IMG/VR virus record: IMGVR_UViG_3300025483_001155
DNA: 64,000 nucleotides
From: an uncultured virus (IMG/VR IMGVR_UViG_3300025483_001155)
Taxonomy: Duplodnaviria > Heunggongvirae > Uroviricota > Caudoviricetes
Strand: one strand, 5' to 3'
Below the pieces are notes generated by a model. It saw only the letters and a program-made list of their open reading frames with translations, searched no databases and was not told the origin of the DNA. A program made the translations under genes and the position numbers. Shown here piece by piece: positions 47,909-57,761 of this stretch. The number at the start of each line of letters is the position of its first letter. The first letter of the stretch is position 1.

Positions 47909-48598
47909 TTACATGTATTTATCAAAATACTCTTGAACCTTAGTAGCCCATAACAATGAATACTTATCGAATTCTTCCCCTTCTACAACAAATTCTTGAT
48001 AATTACCGAGATTATCTGCCTCAGCGTCCCACCCAATCATCATAATAACAATAGTGCGAATATCAGTGCCATATAATTCATTATGTGCTGCTGCATATGC
48101 TGCGCCTTGTAAGAAATAATCATCTATCCATGCACGTTTTTTAGGTTTACGTGTTGTTTTGAAGTCAATAATTGCTTGCTGTCCTTTATATACGCCAATG
48201 CAATCTGCGGTACCAGCATATAACCCAGGGTAATATAGAGGTACTTCTGTCCCCCATACTTCACTAATCTTACTAAGACCATCTTTGATAACAATGTCTG
48301 AAAGCTCTTTAGCCATCTGATGGATGAGATTTGATCCACTTGGTCTATCTTCTTCCAGAATAAACTTTTCTAAATGCAAGTGTACTTGTGTGCCAATTCC
48401 AGTAGCAAGGTTCATAATACGATTTGCTTCTTCATTGCCAACACGGCGGCGCCATTCATGTAACGCTGTTTTATCTGCAAGTGCACTCAAAACTGTTGTA
48501 ACACTTGGTAAGGGCTTACCTTCAGGTGTTTGATAGTGACGGGATCCGTCTACATTCACACGTGATAGGGGAGCATAGGTATAAGTTTCTTTTAACAT
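47909..48598 (-). CDS. PD-(D/E)XK exonuclease (Cas4/RecB-like phage exonuclease)
   Basis: PSVTTVL, GTQVH, YAGTAD, IIDFKT, QGAAY. Confidence 0.88.
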   Translation of the reverse strand: MLKETYTYAPLSRVNVDGSRHYQTPEGKPLPSVTTVLSALADKTALHEWRRRVGNEEANRIMNLATGIGTQVHLHLEKFILEEDRPSGSNLIHQMAKELSDIVIKDGLSKISEVWGTEVPLYYPGLYAGTADCIGVYKGQQAIIDFKTTRKPKKRAWIDDYFLQGAAYAAAHNELYGTDIRTIVIMMIGWDAEADNLGNYQEFVVEGEEFDKYSLLWATKVQEYFDKYM

Positions 48599-48681
48599 AT
48601 TTCTATTATACTATACTTTTATATAAATTACAAGTCTTTATTTACTATAATATAGTTATATAGCAATTATTATATGCCAAG

Positions 48682-48710
48682 AAAAAAGCGTAAGATTAAT
48701 CTTACGCTTT
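48682..48710. terminator. Terminator-like hairpin
   Basis: AAAGCGTAAGAT-TA-ATCTTACGCTTT palindrome with flanking A tract. Confidence 0.7.
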
Positions 48711-48735
48711 AATAGATTATAATTTTTTAAATTAA

Positions 48736-49224
48736 TTACAAATGTTTTTTTAATTCTTCAATCATAGTTGCTTTTGTATTTCTACGATCCAATTGCACAC
48801 CTAGATTTTCATCTGCCCAAATATCAATTTCTTTTTTAGTCATAGTTTCAAAATCAGGATTAGTTTCTACTTTTTTATTATTTTTAGTGTCGATGATTAA
48901 ACTAGTTTCAGTCTTTTCTACTGTAATTGGAGTGACAGTTTCTACTACTGCATCTTTTACTTTTTCTTCAACTGCAATTTGAATTCGTTCTTTTTCTGCT
49001 TCAAGATTTTTTGCTAAGGATTCAGTCTGTGTATCTGCAATTCTTGCAGCATTCTCTCTTGCTGCTTTATTTTCTAATGTTGCCTTACGTTTTTCTGCAA
49101 CCTCTGGTGATAACGATGCCAACACTGCTTCAGTTGTATTGTTTTCAATAGATTTTAGTAAATTCTGCATTTCTTTTTTAGAAACTATTTTCGGTTGGTT
49201 ACCGCCTTTTATGATAAGTGGCAT
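48736..49224 (-). CDS. Hypothetical protein with C-terminal helix-extension-helix motif
   Basis: MTKKEID.WA..LGVQLDRR.TK..MI. Confidence 0.6.
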   Translation of the reverse strand: MPLIIKGGNQPKIVSKKEMQNLLKSIENNTTEAVLASLSPEVAEKRKATLENKAARENAARIADTQTESLAKNLEAEKERIQIAVEEKVKDAVVETVTPITVEKTETSLIIDTKNNKKVETNPDFETMTKKEIDIWADENLGVQLDRRNTKATMIEELKKHL

Positions 49225-49544
49225 TATTTCATTCTCCTCGATGTTGCTTTAGAAGCAAGTTTTTTAACTGTATCTCTAGAATCATCATCTTTATTTGATG
49301 TGGGGGCAAATTCTAAGTCAATACTATTTAAACTTACATTACTAACATATTTACTATTTGATAACATATTAATCAAACTTTCTGGGGTAATAGGATGACC
49401 CAAATCATTTAATTCACGTACCATTATATCCGTTCCGATGGTATTAATATCATTCGCCTTTAAGCGAACAAGATATACATTTATATCATTAATAAGTTGC
49501 GACTTATAATTGTCATTTTCGCTTAAAAGTGTTGAAATTTTCAT
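49224..49544 (-). CDS. Hypothetical late protein
   Basis: MKISTLLSE N-terminus. Confidence 0.65.
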   Translation of the reverse strand: MKISTLLSENDNYKSQLINDINVYLVRLKANDINTIGTDIMVRELNDLGHPITPESLINMLSNSKYVSNVSLNSIDLEFAPTSNKDDDSRDTVKKLASKATSRRMK

Positions 49545-49545
49545 A

Positions 49546-50556
49546 TTATGATCTCTTTGCTCTGCCTAGAGGTTCGTCATTAGGACCAGATGCTGCTTCA
49601 TCGCCGCTTGCAAAATCTACTTCTACATCATCTTCGAAATCATCTTGCATATCACCGCCGATTACGTCACCTGCAGACATATCATCTGCTGGAGCTTCAC
49701 CATTCAGAACCAAAACTGCGTCATTCACAGTATCTTTTGTTGCACGTGCTTGTCCCAATAATCCTGCTACTGCATCATTTACTGCATCTTTAAATGATGC
49801 TGCTCTTTCTGGACCGTGTGAATATGCCATTTCATCTGTCAGTGGGCCAAGTTGATCGTTTTGTAGTTTGCCTAGTTTTTCAATCATGTCTTGTAGTTCA
49901 TCTACTATACCACGAGCCGCCATCATAACTTCTGCTTCTGCAGCATCACTTTCAAGTAATTTGTTAAGTTGTGCTAGTAGGCCTTCTTCTAACTTTTCTT
50001 TTTTCATTTTATATTCCTTTGGTGCTTCGTAAGTATTGCTATACTTTGTCATTGTATCAAACTTTGGTGCATCACCTTCGTTTGTTTTTTCTGCTTTTGA
50101 CGCATGTACTGCTTTACGCTGTGCATCTGATTTGTATTTACCCTCAGTTGCTACTGATTCATTCTTTAAGAATGCCGGTTTATCATCTGACTTATCGTCT
50201 GGTGTGCCATTGTCATCCATTGGCATCTTACCGTCGCCTTTGGCTTTCTTCTTAGCCGGCGCTTTGCCTTTTTTCTTTGCATCTTGATATGCTTTTAAAC
50301 CTGCTGGTAATTCACCTTCCGCAACGTGTGCTTTCAATAGTGATTTGATTGTTTCAATCATAAGCATGTTTTCAACATATGCACGATCCTGATAGTTCGA
50401 AGTCATTTCACGCTTTTGTGCTTCCAATTGAACTTTCGCTTCTCTTAGTGATTCTAGATCACCTTCTATTTCATAACCGAAATTGCTTTTCATATACTCA
50501 TTCATTTTTGAAGAGATAGCAACTGGGTTAGAGTTGTAAAAAATTGTTTTATTCAT
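49546..50556 (-). CDS. Acidic helical late protein, possible prohead scaffold/core
   Basis: Late promoter at 50589; multiple xxE motifs; acidic C-terminus. Confidence 0.55.
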   Translation of the reverse strand: MNKTIFYNSNPVAISSKMNEYMKSNFGYEIEGDLESLREAKVQLEAQKREMTSNYQDRAYVENMLMIETIKSLLKAHVAEGELPAGLKAYQDAKKKGKAPAKKKAKGDGKMPMDDNGTPDDKSDDKPAFLKNESVATEGKYKSDAQRKAVHASKAEKTNEGDAPKFDTMTKYSNTYEAPKEYKMKKEKLEEGLLAQLNKLLESDAAEAEVMMAARGIVDELQDMIEKLGKLQNDQLGPLTDEMAYSHGPERAASFKDAVNDAVAGLLGQARATKDTVNDAVLVLNGEAPADDMSAGDVIGGDMQDDFEDDVEVDFASGDEAASGPNDEPLGRAKRS

Positions 50557-50618
50557 GATATTTGCCCCAATACATAAAGTTATATTATGTATTTATCTTT
50601 TTAGTTTCATTTTATAAT

Positions 50619-51245
50619 CTATTTAATCGATTCATATATAGATTTAATACTACGTTTGGCACTTCCTGCTTCTGATTTTGCTCTAGTAAATCTTGCTTCG
50701 GCAACATTCATTTTACTAATATCTTTACGCTTTTTCGCTTTTGCATATGTATCTTTATATTGTATCGCATCAAAATAAAATTGTTCAAATACTGCATTAC
50801 TCGCCATTATTTTTGTTAATTCTGGCGAGTTCATTTTCTTCCCAGAATTCAAGTGTTTTGTAATAACATATGCAGTTTCGTATAAACAAATATTCTCAAA
50901 TAGTGTATCATTTGAACGATTGTCTCTAATATCATAGTAACCATCATCAGTCTTCTCAACTGAAAACATTCCTACTTTTACACCATTTGGTGTCTTTGTA
51001 GACTCATTCATCGTTGTTGCAACTTTTTTAGAAACATTTGAACTGGCACTGTTGAACGCATTCAAAATATTTTCCATTGCTTTAATATCTGCTGTCTTTA
51101 CTCCGATAGATGTATCTATATGTCCAGATTGCTCTGCTGCTTGTTTTTCATGGGCAACTTGCTCTTTCAATGCTGATTTGTCACCGTTAAGTGCTTTCAT
51201 CAGATTTGACATTGCATTTACATCTTTTTGGCTAGGTGCTGTCAT
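50619..51245 (-). CDS. Hypothetical protein
   Basis: GGAGG SD; operonic. Confidence 0.7.
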   Translation of the reverse strand: MTAPSQKDVNAMSNLMKALNGDKSALKEQVAHEKQAAEQSGHIDTSIGVKTADIKAMENILNAFNSASSNVSKKVATTMNESTKTPNGVKVGMFSVEKTDDGYYDIRDNRSNDTLFENICLYETAYVITKHLNSGKKMNSPELTKIMASNAVFEQFYFDAIQYKDTYAKAKKRKDISKMNVAEARFTRAKSEAGSAKRSIKSIYESIK

Positions 51246-51256
51246 TTTGTCCTCCG

Positions 51257-51451
51257 TTAGTTGACACGATACCCTTTTAGTGTTGGTATTAATACGCCTT
51301 TATGCACTAGTTTATCAGCGATTAAGGCATTTCTATCACTTAGTTGCGATTCATTAACATATTCATTTTCAGAAAAAAATTCTACCAAAAGATCATTTTC
51401 TTCTTCGGTGACCATAACATATATGCCACCTAAAATTTCCTGTAATTTCAT
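51257..51451 (-). CDS. Small hypothetical protein
   Basis: MKLQEIL start; AGGAG SD. Confidence 0.65.
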   Translation of the reverse strand: MKLQEILGGIYVMVTEEENDLLVEFFSENEYVNESQLSDRNALIADKLVHKGVLIPTLKGYRVN

Positions 51452-51462
51452 ATTAAACTCCT

Positions 51463-52023
51463 TTACTTATTGAGTTTATTTAATAGACTTCTAAATTGTA
51501 TTGCTGTTTTAGGATCATTTGCAAGAGCGCCCAATGATTTTGCTTGCTGCGCCATCGCAAAACGTTGCACAGGCGTTAATGCTTTTCCTTGCTCGGCTCT
51601 ATCTAATGCTTTTGCTGCCTGTTGGCCGCTAATACCGCCCAAGGCCTTCTTGCCCAATCGTTGCATTGCCTGTGACTTCTTGGACATTGTAGCAGGATCA
51701 GAATCGCCATCTGACTGTTGCTGTGCTTGCTGCGCTTGAGCCTGTTGTACGCCCTTCATTTCACCCGGTGTTAATGAAGTACGTGTACCTTGAGAGCCTG
51801 TAGAATATGCTTCATCGACACTAAACCCCAAAACTTCTTTGGCTGCATTTTCATTTCTATCACGTAATGCCCGCATCAATTCAACATATTTACCGAAATC
51901 AAGAGTTTTCATTCGGTTACGTACATCATCATCACTGGAACCAACTAAATCTGCGATACCAGTCAATCTTGTATTATAAGTTTCAGTGACCATTGCGTTT
52001 TCTATACTATCTTTTAATCCCAT
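51463..52023 (-). CDS. Hypothetical Gln-rich protein
   Basis: Operonic ORF. Confidence 0.65.
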   Translation of the reverse strand: MGLKDSIENAMVTETYNTRLTGIADLVGSSDDDVRNRMKTLDFGKYVELMRALRDRNENAAKEVLGFSVDEAYSTGSQGTRTSLTPGEMKGVQQAQAQQAQQQSDGDSDPATMSKKSQAMQRLGKKALGGISGQQAAKALDRAEQGKALTPVQRFAMAQQAKSLGALANDPKTAIQFRSLLNKLNK

Positions 52024-52030
52024 TATTTCT

Positions 52031-52315
52031 CTACCTATTCAGCATTTTTAAGCGTTTACTTGCTGGATTCATTCTCTTAGTCATTTTTGATTTTCGTGCC
52101 ATACGAGAACCCATTTTTGCTTTAGTTTTTGCTAATGTAAATCGTTTCTTAACATTAACTGGCCTAAAGCATGCAGTGGGGTTAGCAACTGTTTTACCTT
52201 TTAATCTACCTGACGAACAACGATATTTACGTACTACTTTTTTGCCACTACGAGCATAAACAAGTTTTGCTTCATAAAATTCTTCATCAGGTGTTACAAT
52301 TTCTTCTATAAGCAT
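52031..52315 (-). CDS. Small basic protein
   Basis: KVVRKYRCSSGRLKG..C; Lys/Arg-rich. Confidence 0.7.
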   Translation of the reverse strand: MLIEEIVTPDEEFYEAKLVYARSGKKVVRKYRCSSGRLKGKTVANPTACFRPVNVKKRFTLAKTKAKMGSRMARKSKMTKRMNPASKRLKMLNR

Positions 52316-52563
52316 TATATCACCTTAAACACAGAAGTCAATAGTGCAATTAGCAATGTACCAAATAATGTTGAACTTGCCCAAACAACTATCTTTTTTA
52401 ACTCCGTAAATTGTTCCTTTGTATCCAATGTCTGTCTTTCTACTAATGTTTCTAACCGCCTGATTGAATCATCTAGTTTCCTAAATCGTTCATGATTAAC
52501 TGCCACATGAGTTTCTAAACTCTGCATCTCTAGTGCTGCTAATTGCGGTTCATTTATAGACAT
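52315..52563 (-). CDS. Coiled-coil protein with C-terminal TM
   Basis: Likely start MSINEP (GGAG SD); SLETHV; late promoter 52589. Confidence 0.65.
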   Translation of the reverse strand: MSINEPQLAALEMQSLETHVAVNHERFRKLDDSIRRLETLVERQTLDTKEQFTELKKIVVWASSTLFGTLLIALLTSVFKVI

Positions 52564-52626
52564 CGTTCTTCTCCACGAATTGTTATATGTATTTATCATT
52601 TTAGTTTAGAAGGATTATCCACATAT

Positions 52627-52656
52627 AAAAAACCCAGTATTAATACTGGGTTTTTT
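52627..52656. terminator. Bidirectional Rho-independent terminator
   Basis: Perfect palindrome AAAAAACCCAGTATTAATACTGGGTTTTTT. Confidence 0.8.
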
Positions 52657-52756
52657 CTTTACATTCACTGCTTAATGGGGGATCTCCACATTCTATTTCA
52701 TTATGCGAATGATTCCAAGACCATACTAGGTAGTGGGCGCTCAATAGAATGTAGAT

Positions 52757-53146
52757 TTATAGTAGATCTGACATCTCAAATTCCATCGTGATAGGATCCA
52801 TTGGTACACCATTAATATCTACACCGTAGAATATTTCTTTAAGTAGTGCAACATTGTCGCCAGCACGTTCAAACGCTTGTCCGTGTTCTACTGCAAATTT
52901 AAAAATCATACCATTTCCAGTTAATGTTGGAGCAAGACCAGTAAGTGTTACTGGAATGGGACTATTCATTATTACTGGTTGTGCAACTAGATTAATTAAG
53001 TTACATACGTCATCAAAATTTTGCTGTGACTGGTCTAATATATCACCAGTTGAAGTGATATCCAATGTCTTTACATATATTGTATAAAAATTCAAGTTGC
53101 CTGATATATTTTCACTTGAACCCGCAGAACCGTGTATTCTTGCCAT
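52757..53146 (-). CDS. Probable virion protein, paralog of 54534..54797
   Basis: MARIHG..GNLNFYT..FAVEH. Confidence 0.6.
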   Translation of the reverse strand: MARIHGSAGSSENISGNLNFYTIYVKTLDITSTGDILDQSQQNFDDVCNLINLVAQPVIMNSPIPVTLTGLAPTLTGNGMIFKFAVEHGQAFERAGDNVALLKEIFYGVDINGVPMDPITMEFEMSDLL

Positions 53147-53189
53147 ATTATTTCTCCATATTATATTATATTATATTGTATTAGTATTA

Positions 53190-54419
53190 TTAATGTGCAG
53201 TGAACCCAGATGGCGGAGTGTAAACGACATCATTTCCAACGTTGAAATATCCACCGAAACTTATGACATTAGAGCTTCTGGAACCAGCAAAAATGACTGG
53301 CGGCACGCTATTTGTAGAATAAACCGCCCCTGACCCAGATGCTGGATCACTGGGCCACCAGGTAGTATTATTCTTATTAATCCAAAGTTCTCCAGTTGCA
53401 CTATCATATGCAAATTGTATTACATCCGATTCTCGAACTGGTGCCCCAAGACCCATGTCTGTAACTGTTACTACGCCATTTGTCTTCGTGATTATTTTCC
53501 CAGTATCAAGCGTATAGGTATGCGATCCGTCTTCCATGCCAAAGCCGAACTGTGTTTGATCTGATCCTGACACTCCTATCATACCTGACGTTGATTCAGC
53601 CCATGCTGCAGAATAGTGCGTCCATATAAACTCAAAGTATTTTTTCCCTGCACTAAGAGTGTTACTTGGAACAGCATTAGTCCAATTATATCCAGTAGTA
53701 TCACCTGTAAAAATGAATCCGTCCTTATATGTGGTCGGGTTGCTGCCAAACGATAAGGTGGTCTCGTTCATTCGAGAATCTGTAGTAAATGTAATAGGAG
53801 TAGTAAAACTCAGTGCTGCGGTAGTAGTAGTAGATATAACGTGTATTCCATCAGTTGCTTTTGCACGGAATGTAAAGCTTCCAGCATCTGTCTCTGTAAT
53901 ACTAGGAGTTAACGTAAATGTTCCATCATTATTATTTACAATTGTTGCTTGTGCTTGATTGCTTGGACTTGTATCATATGTATATGTTATATCAAATCCT
54001 TCTGGATCTGTTGCTGCAACAGTTAGTGTGTTTGCAGTGCCGTCTGAATTTAATGCTACTGAACTTGGTAATTCTGTTGTCCATGTAGGCGTTTCATCTG
54101 GGCCTGCCCAAACTTTGATCCATTCACTGCCATTGTTTATATGTAGTGTGTCAGAATCACTAAGAAATGCTAAATCGCCCTCATTTGCTGCAGCCGCATC
54201 ACGTGCAGCAATACTAGCATATATTGTAACACCACCGCCAGATGATGTTGCGCCGCCGCCCGAACTGCCGCCTGAACCAACTGTATGTCCACCAACAGTT
54301 GCACCATCGTGTACTACTAATTGATTTGTAGTTGTATTCACCGTGACTTCACCTGCTGCGCCAGTAAACGATGCATGTTCTGCAGTTGTTCCACGTCTGA
54401 ATTTTACTGAGTATGCCAT
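53190..54419 (-). CDS. Fibre-like protein: Mtd_N-like N-terminus, Ig-like domain, C-terminal SPRY/ConA-like domain
   Basis: FRRGTTAEHASFTGAAGEV..HDG; ATDPEG..YT; GKKYFEF..IQFAYD..GELWINKN. Confidence 0.75.
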   Translation of the reverse strand: MAYSVKFRRGTTAEHASFTGAAGEVTVNTTTNQLVVHDGATVGGHTVGSGGSSGGGATSSGGGVTIYASIAARDAAAANEGDLAFLSDSDTLHINNGSEWIKVWAGPDETPTWTTELPSSVALNSDGTANTLTVAATDPEGFDITYTYDTSPSNQAQATIVNNNDGTFTLTPSITETDAGSFTFRAKATDGIHVISTTTTAALSFTTPITFTTDSRMNETTLSFGSNPTTYKDGFIFTGDTTGYNWTNAVPSNTLSAGKKYFEFIWTHYSAAWAESTSGMIGVSGSDQTQFGFGMEDGSHTYTLDTGKIITKTNGVVTVTDMGLGAPVRESDVIQFAYDSATGELWINKNNTTWWPSDPASGSGAVYSTNSVPPVIFAGSRSSNVISFGGYFNVGNDVVYTPPSGFTAH

Positions 54420-54479
54420 ATTATTTTCTCCATAATGGTATATGTGAGTATTTATCAATATCTGATGATAATTAAAAAC

Positions 54480-54510
54480 AAAAAAAGACCCAGCATAGCC
54501 GGGTCTTTTT
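54480..54510. terminator. Rho-independent terminator
   Basis: AAAAGACCC...GGGTCTTTT with A tract. Confidence 0.7.
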
Positions 54511-54533
54511 ACTCTATAGATAGAGTTTATGTA

Positions 54534-54797
54534 TTAGTAATCAAAGTCTGTTACTGTGTAACCAGTTGCTGTACTTAGTGATGCTGCATCCCATGCGCCG
54601 TTGTTTTCAACTGCGAAACGAACATCTGTGCCTGCGCCGCCGTTAACACCTAGGATAACTACTGTTGCACGTGTGCCTACTGCTTCAACAAGAACTTTGT
54701 TGTCAACTGCGCCCGCGCCTGCGTCTGCTGTGAAATGTACTAGTGAGCCTGTTAGGAACTGACCTGCATCATATGATTCATGTACTTTTGCTACCAT
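54534..54797 (-). CDS. Small probable virion protein
   Basis: GGAG SD, ATAAATA upstream, own terminator. Confidence 0.65.
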   Translation of the reverse strand: MVAKVHESYDAGQFLTGSLVHFTADAGAGAVDNKVLVEAVGTRATVVILGVNGGAGTDVRFAVENNGAWDAASLSTATGYTVTDFDY

Positions 54798-54875
54798 TTT
54801 ATTTTCTCCATTAAATGTTTTGGGACTCTATTGTCCTATACTTTTATTTATCTTTTTTGTACCAGAAATTATATA

Positions 54876-55724
54876 TTACTTTCTTCTGGATTGAAATTTT
54901 GTTAGACCAGATTTTGTTGGTCTATCATACGTTGTTTTTGCCAATCGTTTGCCTAGTTCTTCAGCGCCCTTACTAATAGCATAAATGCCACCAATTGCTG
55001 CTGCCCCTTTAACAATAGGTTTATCCCAAATCTTTTTCTTTTTATCGTTTCTATCATTTACCATATAATTGCCACGCTTTTGAAAAGATAGTAATGGTTT
55101 CATAAACTCACTGCGGAGTGCTTTGGAACGCATATATTGAACACAGCGTGTTACTACTAGTGCACGTTGATTTTGATTCAAATTATCCCAATCACCAATC
55201 AATCGGCGCATTGATTTCATCATACTATCTTGTATATTCAATTGGTTTTGGAATCTAAGTAACATTTTTTGCTCAAACGCTGAATTAGTTTTGTTATTTC
55301 CAATGTGAGTTAGATATTGTACTAAATCTGCTTTTTTAGGTGATAATCTTTTCTTAGCAATTACATCTTTTTCATTACTATCATCTTGGTCTTTGCCCAT
55401 CAAACGGTTTAAAGAAATGTATAGATCCGTTCCACTTGTTCTAAATGTATCAAAATTTCTAAAGGCTACTGTACGTTTTGCATATTCACTTGCCAATGGC
55501 GCATAATCATAATCTTTATTAAAAATATTTAATAGCATTAAATACATGAATGAAACATTGGCGGCATCATCTAAATTAACCTCACTTGCTATCTTTTTAT
55601 TTCTAAACAAGCGGCTTTCAGTTAGTTCGTGTACTAATTGTAAACTTTTATCATCATTGTCATCAATTTCGTGGCCACCATATATTGTTGCCCATTGGCT
55701 TGCTGTATATTTTTTTTCACTCAT
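54876..55724 (-). CDS. Hypothetical protein
   Basis: ELTESRLFR..FRTSGTDLY motifs. Confidence 0.7.
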   Translation of the reverse strand: MSEKKYTASQWATIYGGHEIDDNDDKSLQLVHELTESRLFRNKKIASEVNLDDAANVSFMYLMLLNIFNKDYDYAPLASEYAKRTVAFRNFDTFRTSGTDLYISLNRLMGKDQDDSNEKDVIAKKRLSPKKADLVQYLTHIGNNKTNSAFEQKMLLRFQNQLNIQDSMMKSMRRLIGDWDNLNQNQRALVVTRCVQYMRSKALRSEFMKPLLSFQKRGNYMVNDRNDKKKKIWDKPIVKGAAAIGGIYAISKGAEELGKRLAKTTYDRPTKSGLTKFQSRRK

Positions 55725-55926
55725 GTGTCATCCCCTTAAATAGGTTTGCAAGATTAATAATTTTATTACTTGCATATGTTTTGCAGCATCTAGGTATGAT
55801 TGAATGTATAATAATTGCAAATACGGCAATCTGAAGTTGTAGAGCAATACCAAGTGCAAATTTTGCATGTTGTAACGGCCCCATATTCGCTTCTTCCAAG
55901 TGTTCTTTACATTCTTTACTAAACAT
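55717..55926 (-). CDS. Small hypothetical protein
   Basis: HL......H..FA....IIHSIIP motif. Confidence 0.6.
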   Translation of the reverse strand: MFSKECKEHLEEANMGPLQHAKFALGIALQLQIAVFAIIIHSIIPRCCKTYASNKIINLANLFKGMTHE

Positions 55927-55938
55927 ATTATTTCCTAA

Positions 55939-57285
55939 TTACTTTGCGAAATTCGCAGCACTAAATTCTAATCTATCAACAATTTTCATGGCGCGGCCAA
56001 CATGGTCTACGATAACAAAACCCTCAGGATCAGTTACGTTAAAAGAGCCATCTGGCTGTTCAATAAAACTATCAATCGCTTTAATGTCTCGCATTTTGCG
56101 CTGAAACATCATTTTTACTGCTTCGGTTTTTAAATACGCTCTATACATATTAGCAATATTTTGCGCATTCTCTTCAATAAACTCAACAACTTGTTTCTTT
56201 TTATCTAATTTTGCTAGTCCTGCTTTTCCTTCTGGCCCAGTTTTTAATTTAGTCATATCAGTATCAAACTTGTCTTTTAATTTATTAATAAAATCTGATA
56301 CGAATTTATCTGCATCTTGTTCTAATGCATTACCTGAACGAATAGGTGTGTTTGCGTGTGCCTTAAGTGCAGCAACTATATCTATTCCACCAATACTATT
56401 ATTAATTTTCTTAAATACTTCTGGGCTAGGGATATCAAAACTTGCAAGTTCGTTAATTGCAGTTTTAATTGCACTAATTTCCTTCTTATTAAGATTTACT
56501 TGCCCCGATACATCTTTAATACGTGCATCTGTGTACCAAACATTAGATGATTTATTCAAGTTACTTGCATCATAGCCAAATCTAGCACTCATATCTGCTA
56601 ATGTATCGCCCTCATAAATGGTATGAAATACTACACCAAGATCAGATGATAACATTTCACGTGCAGTATTACTATCGGCAGGAACAACGTATGTTATAGT
56701 ATTAGGCTTGAACGCTATATACTTTTCACCCTCAATCTGTACTTCTTTTAAATCATCACGTGTAAAAAGAAGATCACCTTGCACTACTCCAGAAATGCCC
56801 AAGTTTTTAAGGTGTTCAAGTGATGCATATAATTTATCACGCAATCCTTTTTTACTTATTGCTTCGCCGTTTTTGGTGACATCTGCATGGTTTTTTTCAA
56901 TGTCTTCCGGCTTTTTATTTAATTTAGGGCTTTTTGCAAATACGCCTTTGGTTCCAACAAAGAATTCTCCATCTTCTGGATCAACGCCGGCAAATATCGC
57001 AGGGGCGCCGTCCCATTTTGTTGTAATCGCATCGCCGCCGCCGTCTCCATCCAATGAAGATAATAATTTGGAGTAAGTGCTAACAACACGTTTTAATCCC
57101 TCTTGCCCATACATGAAGATTAATTCCTCAGCATGATCCAAGTGCGTATTTTTTGCTTCACTCAAATCTTTATCAAACAGACCCTTTAGTTTTGAGTGAA
57201 ATCCTATTTGCTTTTGGCGAGGTTTACGAGGCCCTCTAAATCTGCGCTCAAGGCCCTGACTTAAAATAATCTCACTGATTTTCAT
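55939..57285 (-). CDS. Conserved phage protein with ligase-like nucleotidyltransferase motifs
   Basis: KNTHLDHAEE, TTKWDGAPA (KxDG), QGDLLF, PEGFV, MKIVDR. Confidence 0.6.
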   Translation of the reverse strand: MKISEIILSQGLERRFRGPRKPRQKQIGFHSKLKGLFDKDLSEAKNTHLDHAEELIFMYGQEGLKRVVSTYSKLLSSLDGDGGGDAITTKWDGAPAIFAGVDPEDGEFFVGTKGVFAKSPKLNKKPEDIEKNHADVTKNGEAISKKGLRDKLYASLEHLKNLGISGVVQGDLLFTRDDLKEVQIEGEKYIAFKPNTITYVVPADSNTAREMLSSDLGVVFHTIYEGDTLADMSARFGYDASNLNKSSNVWYTDARIKDVSGQVNLNKKEISAIKTAINELASFDIPSPEVFKKINNSIGGIDIVAALKAHANTPIRSGNALEQDADKFVSDFINKLKDKFDTDMTKLKTGPEGKAGLAKLDKKKQVVEFIEENAQNIANMYRAYLKTEAVKMMFQRKMRDIKAIDSFIEQPDGSFNVTDPEGFVIVDHVGRAMKIVDRLEFSAANFAK

Positions 57286-57500
57286 TTCTTATCTCCAAAT
57301 GGATTTTCACCAGTTAATTGCGGTCTTGCAAACCACAACTTAAACCACTCATCCGTTCCAGGCTGTATATTATTCTTTTTCTGATACTCGCCTTTTTCTT
57401 GGCCAGTATGTGAAATATTCTCCTGATGTTGAGATACATCATAGGGCTTATATATACCTGCTAGAACCTTTAGTTGGTGCAACTGCTGTTCAAAATCCAT
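57282..57500 (-). CDS. Small hypothetical protein
   Basis: LKVLAGI..IQPGTDEWFKLWF. Confidence 0.65.
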   Translation of the reverse strand: MDFEQQLHQLKVLAGIYKPYDVSQHQENISHTGQEKGEYQKKNNIQPGTDEWFKLWFARPQLTGENPFGDKK

Positions 57501-57736
57501 TATTTGTCTACACTATTCATGCCTCGCTTAAACTTCCGCGGGTCTTTTGTACGGATACTGTTAACTAAACGTTTTTGTAAATCATTTGAGGTTTCTTCAT
57601 CAAAATTATTTTCAATGAATTCCATCAAATGTATCGCACCTGCAATAAGGTGTTCACCCTTTTGTTCAACTAGCCGCTTATTATCTTTATCATAAGATAT
57701 GCTGTTTAGTTCTTCAAATAGACTTTTACGTTTCAT
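57500..57736 (-). CDS. Small hypothetical protein
   Basis: GGAG SD; late promoter 57755. Confidence 0.65.
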   Translation of the reverse strand: MKRKSLFEELNSISYDKDNKRLVEQKGEHLIAGAIHLMEFIENNFDEETSNDLQKRLVNSIRTKDPRKFKRGMNSVDK

Positions 57737-57761
57737 AACAATTCTCCGTTAAGTGTATTTA

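Noticed and set aside
47909..48598. Cas4 as sign of a CRISPR system
   Set aside because: Lacks the four-Cys Fe-S cluster; typical stand-alone phage exonuclease
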